From: a virus
Lineage: Duplodnaviria; Caudoviricetes
Virus record (IMG/VR): IMGVR_UViG_3300028591_000188
Coordinates: 8,386 to 72,385 of that record
Direction: 5' to 3' (one strand)
DNA: 64,000 nt
Positions 35,745 to 45,811 of this stretch are shown one piece after another. The stretch's first letter is position 1. Each line of letters starts with the position of its first letter. Under the pieces are notes generated by a model that searched no databases, was not told the origin of the DNA, and saw nothing but the letters and a program-made list of their open reading frames with translations. The translations under genes were made by a program, and so were the position numbers.

Positions 35745-36647
35745 TTAAAAGTCACCATAATAAACTTGACAACATAAGATACCTAAATCTCTCCACATCT
35801 TCACTACTTTATCTCTGTCATCAAATACACACACTACATTGTATTTAGGTTGTATGTATTCAAAATACATCTCCTTCTTTACAATATCATCAGACCTATA
35901 GTCATTATGTTTCCTCATATAAAGCTGATGTTCTCCAAAACCATTGTCTTCCAACCATTTCTGAGTAACATCACGAGAATCTTCGCTTCTTCCTGAGAAG
36001 AAGATTATCTTATAGCATTGTGAAAGACTATTAAGAAAAATTTTCATTCTAGGGTCAAAAGTATCTTCTGATGCTTTATCATAATCAAAAGGACTTCTAC
36101 CATTATGTAATGCTATAGTACCATCTATATCACATAAGATAATACTTTCCTTATCTGAACTTGGCAATGTTATAATTCTATCATCTGTATAATTATATAG
36201 AAGTTCTGGAAAATAAGCTCTAAAGAATTTCCTCATTACCTTTTCTCCAACCTTATCTTCCCTATTGTTATCTCTTTCAAGAGCCTCTTTATAAGAGATT
36301 TTAAACAGTTTAAATTCTATATCAGCAGCATACATACCAGCAATTCTATTCCATTCTTCTATGGCTTTTGGATTAAGATTAGTTGCATCTATAATAACAT
36401 TTAGGTCATAATCTAATGCAGACATAACAGCATATGCTTCTAATCTATCTATATACTTTTCTTGGCTTGGTAGCCAATAGATACCCCTAGCTTTACGCAT
36501 AGAGTCTCTATTGACTATCACCCAATTAGTATGTTCAGTAGCCAACTTTCTAGCAAAAGTGCTTTTACCAGATGCTGGCACACCTTGTAAGACAAGAATT
36601 TGTCTCTTGCCATTAATATCTAACTTTCCTATATCAATGTTTTCCAT
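35745..36647 (-). CDS. pseT: Polynucleotide 5'-kinase/3'-phosphatase (T4 PNK-like)
   Basis: Walker A GVPASGKST, followed by a HAD phosphatase domain with DIDGT and FDDR. Confidence 0.9.
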   Translation of the reverse strand: MENIDIGKLDINGKRQILVLQGVPASGKSTFARKLATEHTNWVIVNRDSMRKARGIYWLPSQEKYIDRLEAYAVMSALDYDLNVIIDATNLNPKAIEEWNRIAGMYAADIEFKLFKISYKEALERDNNREDKVGEKVMRKFFRAYFPELLYNYTDDRIITLPSSDKESIILCDIDGTIALHNGRSPFDYDKASEDTFDPRMKIFLNSLSQCYKIIFFSGRSEDSRDVTQKWLEDNGFGEHQLYMRKHNDYRSDDIVKKEMYFEYIQPKYNVVCVFDDRDKVVKMWRDLGILCCQVYYGDF

Positions 36648-38053
36648 TAGTTATTGTCTTCAATGTTTGCAATTCCTTTATCAAGCTCTTCACTTTCTTT
36701 TCCAAGAAATCTAAAGCTCTTAAGTTTAACTGCATTAGGTGTCATATTATCTACTTTAATTACTATGCCTTCATGAGGTACTTTATTCTTGCAATCAGGA
36801 GAGTCAAGTTCCATATAGAAGTTCTTGTCATCTGCTAATTTGTCTATGAATGCATCATTCCAATTATTAGAATCTTTAATTTCTGGATAAAGGTCTGATG
36901 CTTTTCCATAATACAGTTCAACAACAGGCTCTAAACCATTGTTTTTACACCAATATTGCACTTCTTTTGGAGATAATTCAAATACTTTACCATCAGCGTT
37001 AGTAATAGTAATTCTGTATACAATTATCCTAAAGTGTTTGTTTATGGTATATTTCTCTCCTTCTTCAGGCGGTAAACACCCATAATCATAATCTTTTTGT
37101 ATATAACCTCCAGTAGGAAGGAATCCTACTATTTCATAATATAAGGTATAACCTTTTGGAATTAATGAAGAAAGAACTTTATTAGCTTCTCCCCATACAT
37201 CACATTTGTAATATCCAAGGCCTACAGACTTATTATAATATTTATTCTTTACAACAGTTCTTGAAGCATAGACATTATCATACCTATAGTTATTGTCTAC
37301 ATCCACAATCTTATTTTCTTTATTAAACAAATTGTGAATTCTGCATACAATCTTATCTATCCAAGATTTAGGAAACTTACATATCACATTTGCAGAAATT
37401 GCAGATGTACCATGAAACTTACTACTAATATGAATAATATCATCCTTTTGGATTGCATAAGGATTCTTTCTTAGTTGGGCTGTATCATAATGGAATCTAA
37501 ATTGTCCTTCAACAAGTTTATCATATTTCTTTACATTGGCTCTTTCTTTAGGTTCATTTGGACCGTGAGTTCTTTGCTCAATTATGATATACTTCTTGTT
37601 AATCCAAATCTCTTTACCATTATGCTCTACAGCATCAAACTCTTTGTTTATACAAGACTCTTCATCATCTATTTTCTTATTTACAGAATCCATTAACCAG
37701 TTCTGAAGAACTTCAAAAGGCAATAAGAAACCTTCAGAAACCATTCCTTTAAGTTTTATTGCCTTTACTCTTCCATTGTCTTCAAAGAAACCTGTTTTCT
37801 CAGGATTTGAGTTTAGGTTACTGTGTCTATATAAATTTGCATAAGACAGTAGATTGGAATTAATCTGGCTGAGAGCAGGAAAATATATATAAACACCTTC
37901 CTTTTCACCAATACCTATAATCATATTGTAGCCATCTACCTTACATACCTTAAGCTTGGTTACTTCTGGATTAGGATGTGGAAAAAAGTCTTTTATTTCA
38001 ACAACCTTCGCCAAATAATTCACACTGGCATTCTTTGTTTGGATTAATTTCAT
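36647..38053 (-). CDS. RNA ligase (Rnl2-type with an N-terminal OB-like domain)
   Basis: Nucleotidyltransferase motif I KFHGTS, motif III YYEIVG, motif IV EGIVIK and motif V KLKS; adjacent to PNK. Confidence 0.8.
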   Translation of the reverse strand: MKLIQTKNASVNYLAKVVEIKDFFPHPNPEVTKLKVCKVDGYNMIIGIGEKEGVYIYFPALSQINSNLLSYANLYRHSNLNSNPEKTGFFEDNGRVKAIKLKGMVSEGFLLPFEVLQNWLMDSVNKKIDDEESCINKEFDAVEHNGKEIWINKKYIIIEQRTHGPNEPKERANVKKYDKLVEGQFRFHYDTAQLRKNPYAIQKDDIIHISSKFHGTSAISANVICKFPKSWIDKIVCRIHNLFNKENKIVDVDNNYRYDNVYASRTVVKNKYYNKSVGLGYYKCDVWGEANKVLSSLIPKGYTLYYEIVGFLPTGGYIQKDYDYGCLPPEEGEKYTINKHFRIIVYRITITNADGKVFELSPKEVQYWCKNNGLEPVVELYYGKASDLYPEIKDSNNWNDAFIDKLADDKNFYMELDSPDCKNKVPHEGIVIKVDNMTPNAVKLKSFRFLGKESEELDKGIANIEDNN

Positions 38054-38357
38054 TTTTATAAATGTTTATTTCTTTGACAAAATCTTCTACTGAATTACAT
38101 ATAATAACTTTCTCTCCTTGTTTAGCTACACTAATAATTTCTTCCTTTAATCTTTTTATAGGAAGTGGGTTAGATTCTGCATTATGACCTACTCCAGCTC
38201 CATGAATATCAGTTGACATTCCATTAAAGTATAACCAAGGATTATCTTCAAATTCAGTACAAATACAAAGAGAGAAACCCAAATTCTTGAGTTTCTCCCT
38301 GATTTCTTCATTATTATTGCTTAAATAAATAGTCTTTGTTGGTTTAAAATAACTCAT
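37998..38357 (-). CDS. Hypothetical protein
   Basis: Tiled ORF. Confidence 0.6.
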   Translation of the reverse strand: MSYFKPTKTIYLSNNNEEIREKLKNLGFSLCICTEFEDNPWLYFNGMSTDIHGAGVGHNAESNPLPIKRLKEEIISVAKQGEKVIICNSVEDFVKEINIYKNEINPNKECQCELFGEGC

Positions 38358-38632
38358 TGTTCTTTGAATTTAATTTTGAAACCTTCTCCTTTAATACATT
38401 CAATACTTTCTACAACATATCCTTTAATGATTTCTGACCCCACTGAAATATAAGGGCCTCCTGAGGGGTCTACAGCTGTTATATTATCAGGATTGCCATC
38501 AAAAGTCACTCCTACTGCCATTAAGGCATCTTCATCTCCTCTTAAATAATAGATATTGTTTTCTTTATGTTCTAAAAACACTTTACTTCTATATCTATTA
38601 AACAAAGGAATTTCATTCTCCCATTGTTTCAT
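38354..38632 (-). CDS. Hypothetical protein
   Basis: Track ORF 38354..38650; likely start MKQWENE (38632). Confidence 0.6.
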   Translation of the reverse strand: MKQWENEIPLFNRYRSKVFLEHKENNIYYLRGDEDALMAVGVTFDGNPDNITAVDPSGGPYISVGSEIIKGYVVESIECIKGEGFKIKFKEQ

Positions 38633-39170
38633 CGTAGTCTTTTGTTTCATTAATCCAAGAAATTGTTTGTATAGAGATTTTAGAAATATTCAACAGACAA
38701 GTTTTTAGGTTTTCGTAATATTGATCATCAGCCATATCTGAATAGCAAGCATTCTTGAAATTCTCAAAACTCTTTGTCAGTTCTATTAAAGGATAATTCA
38801 ATCCAAAGTCTCTTAGTAATAAATCAAAAGTATTTAAATCCTCTTTAGACAACTCTTCAACTTTAGATAAAACCTCTTTTATTTTGTTATCTTCTTCTTT
38901 GTTATCTATTGGTTCTTCTGCTTTTTTATCCTGTCTATATACTCCAAATCCTTTAATTACTGGAGAAGTAGAAGGGCTGAATTCAAAGTAATCCATGCAT
39001 ATTGATATATCAAGAGGATATGTTTCATCTTTATGTCCTACTTCACAAATGATAACTCTTCCATCATTAACATTAACTACTTCATATTCAGTATCTACCT
39101 TAAAAGGTAATAATTCATATTCTCTGACACATTTAAGTTTGTGTCCAACTCTAAGTTCACTAAAATCCAT
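38613..39170 (-). CDS. Hypothetical protein
   Basis: Track ORF 38613..39194; likely start MDFSEL (39170). Confidence 0.6.
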   Translation of the reverse strand: MDFSELRVGHKLKCVREYELLPFKVDTEYEVVNVNDGRVIICEVGHKDETYPLDISICMDYFEFSPSTSPVIKGFGVYRQDKKAEEPIDNKEEDNKIKEVLSKVEELSKEDLNTFDLLLRDFGLNYPLIELTKSFENFKNACYSDMADDQYYENLKTCLLNISKISIQTISWINETKDYDETMGE

Positions 39171-39181
39171 ATTAATAAAAT

Positions 39182-41221
39182 TTAATGTATCCAATGGTCT
39201 CCGACAGATGCTTCTGCTGGAATAGGCAATTTATGATAAAATTTAGCTGCTGCGTCTTGCATTATTTTTGACACTATATTTGGATAAGTATCTTTTAATT
39301 CTTTAGGAAATTCAGTATTGATTTCATCATGAGTAAAATTACAAAATAATATCTTATTAAAATAATTATTATCTATAACCCAATTAAAAAGATTTACTAT
39401 AGCTGTTTTAAGAACTATGGCTCCACCACCTTGTGTAGGACTGTTCAAAGCAGCTCTATCCCAAGTAGAAGCTGCTTCAAAATGCTTTTTAACTGTCATA
39501 GCAACATCATCACCAGTTCCTTTATGCTTTAGTTTATAGTCTTCCCAAAATTCAGGAGTAAATGAAGCTTGCCTTTTTTTCCATTCTTTCCAATCCCACC
39601 AATATTGTTTATGCCCAGTATCTTTCATTATAAGGACATATCCTTTATTTCTCACTTCCTTGCTTCCTCTTATTTTAAAAGAAGCTAAACCCGTCATTCC
39701 ACTAAGCAAATTTGTAACTAATGTTCTTGCTTCTTCAACAGGTATACCTAATTGAGGGGCTACAGCAGTACCATCACTACCAAATTGAACAGCAAATTCA
39801 ATACTCTTTACTTTATTTCTTAAATCAGGTCTTTTACTCTTTACATCTTTAGTATCAATATCTTTCAGTTCTTCAGAAAACACAGCTTTGGCATAAGCAG
39901 CGTGAGAATCACCTGAGCCATATAAGAATTCGTCAAGTAATTTCTTTTCATTATATACTTCGGCACCTATTCTTGCTTCCATAGCACTGTAATCACAAGA
40001 GCAAAATAGGTTATCTTTTTCTGAAACAAAACATGCTCTAGTTTCTACATCATGTGGAAGCTGTTGCATATTAACCATCTTAACCTTACTTAACTTCTTA
40101 TACTTTGCTAAATCAGCATCTTCACCTGAACCTGATGACATTCTTCCAGTTGAAGTACCTATTTGCCAATAGTTAGTATGAAGCCTTCCTGTAACAGGGT
40201 TAATTAGATTCAAATGACCTTGACCAAAAGAAGTAGTGAGTTTATAATATCCTTGATAATCAAAGTATAGACTTAAGAATTTATCATCTATTCCTTTTTG
40301 GGTTTTAAGATTCTTTTCTTGCACAGAATCAGCTTCTTTGTTTGTGACTTTACTAACTGCAACTAAATTAAATCCAAGGGCTTTAAACACTTGCTTTGCT
40401 TCATCTTTTTGCCAATCTATCCTAAACTTTGGTGTTGGGTCAAATTCAGCAAATAAGTCAAGTTGATTATCCACATATACCCACTTTTGTAGCTTAGGAT
40501 TAGATATACAATAGTCATTCAAAGCTTTTAAAGACTTATCAAGATTCTCTTTGTCTTTTTGCATCTTGGCTTTCCATTTTGTTTCGTCCAACTTTATTCC
40601 ACACCATTCCAGGTAAGCCATTGCAGGTACTACATCACACTCTAGTTTAGCTCCAACTAAACATTCTTTTTCTTTGCATTCTTTTATTTGAGATTGCATT
40701 ATATCATAAAGAAGGACTACATCATATGCTGCATAGTTGATTACACTCTCATCCAATCCTCTCCATATAATTTGACCTCTTATAGATTTATCTACATTTT
40801 TATTTAGTCTTCTTAAAGCTACTGCTTGGAGACTATAAGATATTTGTCCAGAAGGAAAGCCTAAATATAATAGCTGTTCTACAATCATAGTATCATATAC
40901 CTTTCTTGGTATAATACCATAATTATATAAAAACTGCAAATCAAACTTAAGATTATGTCCTATTATATATTTATTCTCTAACAACTCTTTATACTTTAAA
41001 GGAGAGACAGTGGTAGTATCAACTACCACTTGGTCTCTACCTTCAGTATCTCCAAATTGAGTGCAAAGCAAATTGCAAAGATGAGGATTCTTTCCATCAG
41101 TTTCAGAATCATATTGGACCATAGGCCATTTACTTATTTTATCAATAGACTCTTCCACTGAGATATTTTTTATCCCATCTAATTCAAAAAGACTCTGTTG
41201 TCCAGATACCAAATAAATCAT
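39182..41221 (-). CDS. polA: Family A DNA polymerase with 3'-5' exonuclease
   Basis: Exo I YDSET, exo II HNLKFD, exo III YAAYD; polymerase motif A CDYSAMEAR, motif B R..VKSIEFAVQFG, motif C THDE. Confidence 0.92.
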   Translation of the reverse strand: MIYLVSGQQSLFELDGIKNISVEESIDKISKWPMVQYDSETDGKNPHLCNLLCTQFGDTEGRDQVVVDTTTVSPLKYKELLENKYIIGHNLKFDLQFLYNYGIIPRKVYDTMIVEQLLYLGFPSGQISYSLQAVALRRLNKNVDKSIRGQIIWRGLDESVINYAAYDVVLLYDIMQSQIKECKEKECLVGAKLECDVVPAMAYLEWCGIKLDETKWKAKMQKDKENLDKSLKALNDYCISNPKLQKWVYVDNQLDLFAEFDPTPKFRIDWQKDEAKQVFKALGFNLVAVSKVTNKEADSVQEKNLKTQKGIDDKFLSLYFDYQGYYKLTTSFGQGHLNLINPVTGRLHTNYWQIGTSTGRMSSGSGEDADLAKYKKLSKVKMVNMQQLPHDVETRACFVSEKDNLFCSCDYSAMEARIGAEVYNEKKLLDEFLYGSGDSHAAYAKAVFSEELKDIDTKDVKSKRPDLRNKVKSIEFAVQFGSDGTAVAPQLGIPVEEARTLVTNLLSGMTGLASFKIRGSKEVRNKGYVLIMKDTGHKQYWWDWKEWKKRQASFTPEFWEDYKLKHKGTGDDVAMTVKKHFEAASTWDRAALNSPTQGGGAIVLKTAIVNLFNWVIDNNYFNKILFCNFTHDEINTEFPKELKDTYPNIVSKIMQDAAAKFYHKLPIPAEASVGDHWIH

Positions 41222-41733
41222 TTATTCTTATGTTTTGGTTTAAATACCATCATTTTATCGTAATCAATAACATACTTACTTGCTAGAAGAAAGTTATTTC
41301 CAAGCAATCCATGTATTTCAATACCACTCTCTTCCTCTACCTGAGAAAAAGCATGTTTGAAGTTAGCCAAAGGAAGTTCTATTTCAGTTACAGTTGTAGG
41401 AGTTTCAAGCTTTATTTCACAATACTCTGTTATTTCTTGGTTTCCTCCTAAACCAGTGACAACTTCACTACATCTTTTGAATTTACATCCCAACTCAATA
41501 GCTGTTTGTGTATCTATATAAGAAATAGTACTTCCTGTATCCAATAAAAAATTAAGTTCTTTTCCATTACAAGTGAAAGGCACATATATAAGTCCAGTTT
41601 TACTAATTTTTGTCTTAAATTCAGTTATATCGTGATAATTGTTTGTTTCTTTAAATCTTAGCTTTCTATAATAAAATATTGTAGCTAATTCACAAGTAAT
41701 TAATAGAAGACATGCTATTAATAAAACTATCAT
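41218..41733 (-). CDS. Retropepsin-like aspartyl protease with an N-terminal hydrophobic anchor
   Basis: FLLDTGST and GLLGNNFL motifs. Confidence 0.75.
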   Translation of the reverse strand: MIVLLIACLLLITCELATIFYYRKLRFKETNNYHDITEFKTKISKTGLIYVPFTCNGKELNFLLDTGSTISYIDTQTAIELGCKFKRCSEVVTGLGGNQEITEYCEIKLETPTTVTEIELPLANFKHAFSQVEEESGIEIHGLLGNNFLLASKYVIDYDKMMVFKPKHKNK

Positions 41734-42182
41734 TTAACCCCTGTGTGTCCAAATCCCCCATCACCTCTATCAGTTGACTGTAATTCACCTACTTCTTCAA
41801 ACTCAGCTTTCTCCACCTTTGCAAACACCATTTGTGCAATTCTATCTCCATGATGCACAGTATAAGGCATATTAGAGGTGTTCAATAAACAAACTTTTAC
41901 TTCTCCACGATAGTCTGCATCTATTGTACCTGGAGTATTAAGAACAGTTATTCCATGTTTAGCTGCTAGCCCACTTCTTGGTCTTACTTGTCCTTCATAT
42001 CCTACTGGAATTTCCATACATATTCCTGTAGGAAATAGCCAAGATTCACCAGGATTTAAAGTATAGTGGGGATAACTATCCAAATAAGCACATAAATCTA
42101 CTCCAGAACTTCCTTCTGTAGCATATTGAGGCACTTTACTGTCCTCATATAATTTCTTTATTTTAACTTTGATATCTTTCAT
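41730..42182 (-). CDS. dut: Trimeric dUTPase
   Basis: GVDL, RSGLA, GTIDADYRGE, RIAQ and RGDGGFGHTG motifs. Confidence 0.95.
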   Translation of the reverse strand: MKDIKVKIKKLYEDSKVPQYATEGSSGVDLCAYLDSYPHYTLNPGESWLFPTGICMEIPVGYEGQVRPRSGLAAKHGITVLNTPGTIDADYRGEVKVCLLNTSNMPYTVHHGDRIAQMVFAKVEKAEFEEVGELQSTDRGDGGFGHTGVK

Positions 42183-42537
42183 AAAAATCTTCTAATCCTT
42201 TCTTATTTAAAATGTATAATTCAGCTTTGATTGTTTCCGTATTATCTGATATATCATACCAACTTGTAATATTAACATTTTGTATAAAAGCTTTTTCTTC
42301 AACAAATTTATGTAAAATTTGTCTATAGGCATAACCCCTTATTTTTTCAGCATATTCACTCCTGTATTCGTTTTCTGGAATTTTTATCACACAAGATAAC
42401 CTTATAAAATTTTCTAAAGTAAGATATTTTGGAATAATATATACTGTATCAGGCATTGGAAGTAAAGGGCTATAACCAAATTTACAAGCTAACTTAAACA
42501 ACCATTTGCTAAATTTATTGTTTGTTTTTAATTTCAT
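42163..42537 (-). CDS. Hypothetical protein
   Basis: Tiled ORF. Confidence 0.55.
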   Translation of the reverse strand: MKLKTNNKFSKWLFKLACKFGYSPLLPMPDTVYIIPKYLTLENFIRLSCVIKIPENEYRSEYAEKIRGYAYRQILHKFVEEKAFIQNVNITSWYDISDNTETIKAELYILNKKGLEDFYERYQS

Positions 42538-43024
42538 TTTCTAGCATTTCTATTTTATCATTAATATAGAATATTGCTTTTTTCAAATCTTCTATTGTTT
42601 TTTCATTATCAGTCATTGAACTATCTTTCTTATGTCCTGCTCTTAAGATATATTTCAATGCATTCCCCAAATCAAAGTCAAGATGTTTGCAAATGTCAAT
42701 TGGTTCTACACCACATAAATCTTTTAACCAAGTATAATGTGAAGGATGGTTTACATTATCACTAATATTAGAGGAAGCACAAGCAGAAGTACCAGCATTT
42801 GAAAAATAAGTTATTTCATTTGGAACATCTTTATCTGTAAAATACTTTTGGACATCTTCTTCATTAAAATAGTGTATTAATCCTGCATCATCAACTATTC
42901 CATAAATATGTCCTTCAGCATGTTCAAAATCTTTACTTATTATCCTATATAGATTTCCTTCGGTAAAACTTATTTTATTTAACCCTTTTGCAATACATCG
43001 TATTATAGACATTTCATCAAACAT
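42515..43024 (-). CDS. DUF3310-like protein with an N-terminal extension
   Basis: VNHPSHY...EPID...F.LGNALKYI.RAG.K...EDLKKA.FY pattern. Confidence 0.75.
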   Translation of the reverse strand: MFDEMSIIRCIAKGLNKISFTEGNLYRIISKDFEHAEGHIYGIVDDAGLIHYFNEEDVQKYFTDKDVPNEITYFSNAGTSACASSNISDNVNHPSHYTWLKDLCGVEPIDICKHLDFDLGNALKYILRAGHKKDSSMTDNEKTIEDLKKAIFYINDKIEMLENEIKNKQ

Positions 43025-43511
43025 TATTTTCTCCTTTCCAAAATTTATAAGTTATATCTTCAAATTTAACTGGCTTATCAGAAACCTTCTTATACATCCT
43101 TTGATTTGTTGTCTTCTCATTTAATGGCCCTAAAGATTCAATATAAGGACCAGTTTTAACATAATCAAACTCTTGAAATAATGGTTCATATATCAGGTGA
43201 TTAGATAAGTTGTAATCAAGTCCTGTATACCAAGCTGTTTTAAGATTATGTTTTAAATGTATCAGACTTGAAAGATAAGCAATATCAAATAACCTACCTC
43301 CTTCACCCATAAAGCATACACAAGTAATACCTTTATTATCCTCAATAAGTTTATCAAGAACTTCTGGAGTTAACCTTTCTCCCACATCTTCCTGCAAATA
43401 TGGAGAATGGCAATTGCTACACCTATGAGGGCAATTAGATATATTTATACATAGACTTATCTCATCAGGCACTTCACTGAAAGCTACTAATGTTTCTGTA
43501 TATTTAATCAT
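43017..43511 (-). CDS. nrdG: Anaerobic ribonucleotide reductase activase (radical SAM)
   Basis: CPHRCSNCH (CxxxCxxC) motif; adjacent to nrdD. Confidence 0.88.
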   Translation of the reverse strand: MIKYTETLVAFSEVPDEISLCINISNCPHRCSNCHSPYLQEDVGERLTPEVLDKLIEDNKGITCVCFMGEGGRLFDIAYLSSLIHLKHNLKTAWYTGLDYNLSNHLIYEPLFQEFDYVKTGPYIESLGPLNEKTTNQRMYKKVSDKPVKFEDITYKFWKGENNV

Positions 43512-43570
43512 GTATAATAAAAGCAGGAGTATTTCTACCCCTGCTTGTTTGTTCCTTTTCTATATTTGAA

Positions 43571-45808
43571 TTAGAGTTTAATATCTTCTTCTTTGGTGTA
43601 GACTCTAGTCTTTTGTTCTATCTGTCTACCTTTTGACCAATTGTCTACAGCAGTAAGATATCCAATTATTCGTGTCCAATATCTTATGTTATTAGAACCA
43701 CATATAGGACACTTATCTATTGGCGAATTCACTGTATGGCCACAATCCTTACATTCACTCATTGGGATATTGAAAGTAAAATAATTTGTACCATTTGCTA
43801 ATGCAAAATCCAGTATCTTAAGATACTGCTCTTTAGTCAAATGAGCATCCAAATTTACATGACAAGCTTGTCCTCCATCACTAAATTTGTTTATATCTTT
43901 CCCATGAAGAGCTAACTTATCTAATACTGATGTGTTATCCCAAGGATTATAAAAATAACAATTGTATAGATTTTGGTCTTCTGGAACATAATAACCATCC
44001 TTCTTATCTTTATCATAGAAACGAATGGCTGTTTGTTCCCCTGGAATACATTCACTATTGAATAAGAAGGGTCTTTTCTTATCTTTAATTGAATGTATTT
44101 TATTTTGTTCTTTGATAGTACCTAAAACAAGAGACAGAAACTTTTTATATTCTTCATTGTTAGAAGTTTCAATCCCTAAAAACTTTGCTGCTTCAAAATA
44201 TCCAATTACTCCTATGGTACTATATAGTTTTTTCATATAGATATATCCTGCATTTGAAGCAGTAAACATTCCTTTATCTTCATAATCATAAAGCATCGTT
44301 TTAAATGCAATATGATATTTATAGACTCGTTCAAGAATTTCAATTAAATCATTTTTCAAATAATCTAAAAACCTTCCATAAGTAGATATATATTGTGGTT
44401 GGTTATATTCTGACATACAATAATTATGCTTTCTAGCACAATCTTGAACAATTCTATTAATATTAAGAGTAATAACATTACAACTACCAGTCATAATACC
44501 AGTCATTCCTGTAGTTGAACTGAAAGTATTATCACTTATTTCATTCAAGACTCTACAACAACTAGCCAAAGATGAAGGATTATCACTATTATAGCAGAAG
44601 AAACTTCCTCCTTTAGCCCATTCTTCAGCACACAAATCTTTATATTCCTTGTCAAGGAATTCTTTATTGTTGTGTACTAAAGCAGTTGTTGACACAGGAA
44701 AAGTTAATGGTTTTATAAGTCTTAGTTCCCTATGTAATTCCATAAACATTCTTTGAAGAGTATCAATGGCTTTCCATTCAGGTTGAGTACCATCAGGATA
44801 ATAAAAGTCTCCAAATAAGGCATTGAAGTAGACAGAATCATAATAACTTACATTTGTAAATGGTGAATTATAACTCCTATTACCAGCTGGCTGATTTACT
44901 CCATATATAAACTGCTTCATTCCTTTACGAATGAAATATTTTATGTTATGGTCTTTCTTTAAGTTTTTGGTTACTATTTCATCCAATCTTTCATACCATT
45001 TTTCACCAAATTCAGAAACCACATAATAATTAAGGGCAACAAAGTAATCTCCAAGAGCTACAGCACCTTTACATTGGGAACTTAATAAAAATACAGCATT
45101 GGTAACTTGCCCACTAAAAGATTCAATATCATTAGGAGCAGAAGGAGTAACTTTATCAAGATTGCCTACACCTTCAGTCATTAATGGATATAATGTAACT
45201 GCCTCACAATAATACTTAAGTACTGGAGAAGAAGCTTCATCATGCACATAAATAATTCCATCTTTTAAATCTTGAGCATATTGAGAAGCTACTTCAGGAA
45301 ACATCTTATTAAGTTGTTCCTTCATTCTATACCTTTGAATGGCCCTATTTGTTTGTTTATAGACTTCTCCTTCAAGATTGGCAACATTCTTTGTAGTTAC
45401 ATTGGAATTTGCGTCTGTTTCACTTGCAGAAGCTGCATTGGTGTCAGAATTACTATATTCATTCATATAGTCAATTCTTTCTTTTAAGAATCTGACATTT
45501 TTATGCTCTGACCTATATAAGATATAGGCTTTTGCAGTCTTCTTAAGATTGAAATCCATTAATACATCTTCAACACAATCTTGAATAAACTCAATTCCAA
45601 CAGTATCTATATCAGTTGTAGGTTGCAACTTGTTTGCTCTCTCTTCAATTTCACATTGAATTTCCTTAACAAGGTCGTCAATGTCGAAGCATTGTGTTTT
45701 CCATTTAGGTTCGTTAACTTCGTTAAGGGCTTTTAAAAGTGCTGTTTTAATCTTCTCAACTTGATACTCTTGAATAGTACCATCTCTTTTCTTTACTTTC
45801 TTAATCAT
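43571..45808 (-). CDS. nrdD: Class III anaerobic ribonucleoside-triphosphate reductase
   Basis: N-terminal ATP cone (VKKRDG), finger-loop SCCR, Zn motif CKDC...CPIC and glycyl-radical motif TRIIGYL. Confidence 0.92.
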   Translation of the reverse strand: MIKKVKKRDGTIQEYQVEKIKTALLKALNEVNEPKWKTQCFDIDDLVKEIQCEIEERANKLQPTTDIDTVGIEFIQDCVEDVLMDFNLKKTAKAYILYRSEHKNVRFLKERIDYMNEYSNSDTNAASASETDANSNVTTKNVANLEGEVYKQTNRAIQRYRMKEQLNKMFPEVASQYAQDLKDGIIYVHDEASSPVLKYYCEAVTLYPLMTEGVGNLDKVTPSAPNDIESFSGQVTNAVFLLSSQCKGAVALGDYFVALNYYVVSEFGEKWYERLDEIVTKNLKKDHNIKYFIRKGMKQFIYGVNQPAGNRSYNSPFTNVSYYDSVYFNALFGDFYYPDGTQPEWKAIDTLQRMFMELHRELRLIKPLTFPVSTTALVHNNKEFLDKEYKDLCAEEWAKGGSFFCYNSDNPSSLASCCRVLNEISDNTFSSTTGMTGIMTGSCNVITLNINRIVQDCARKHNYCMSEYNQPQYISTYGRFLDYLKNDLIEILERVYKYHIAFKTMLYDYEDKGMFTASNAGYIYMKKLYSTIGVIGYFEAAKFLGIETSNNEEYKKFLSLVLGTIKEQNKIHSIKDKKRPFLFNSECIPGEQTAIRFYDKDKKDGYYVPEDQNLYNCYFYNPWDNTSVLDKLALHGKDINKFSDGGQACHVNLDAHLTKEQYLKILDFALANGTNYFTFNIPMSECKDCGHTVNSPIDKCPICGSNNIRYWTRIIGYLTAVDNWSKGRQIEQKTRVYTKEEDIKL

Positions 45809-45811
45809 ATG

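Noticed and set aside
39182-45808. Inteins or introns in polA and nrdD, which are common insertion targets
   Set aside because: Both read as uninterrupted proteins of normal length with motifs in order and no intein splice motifs.
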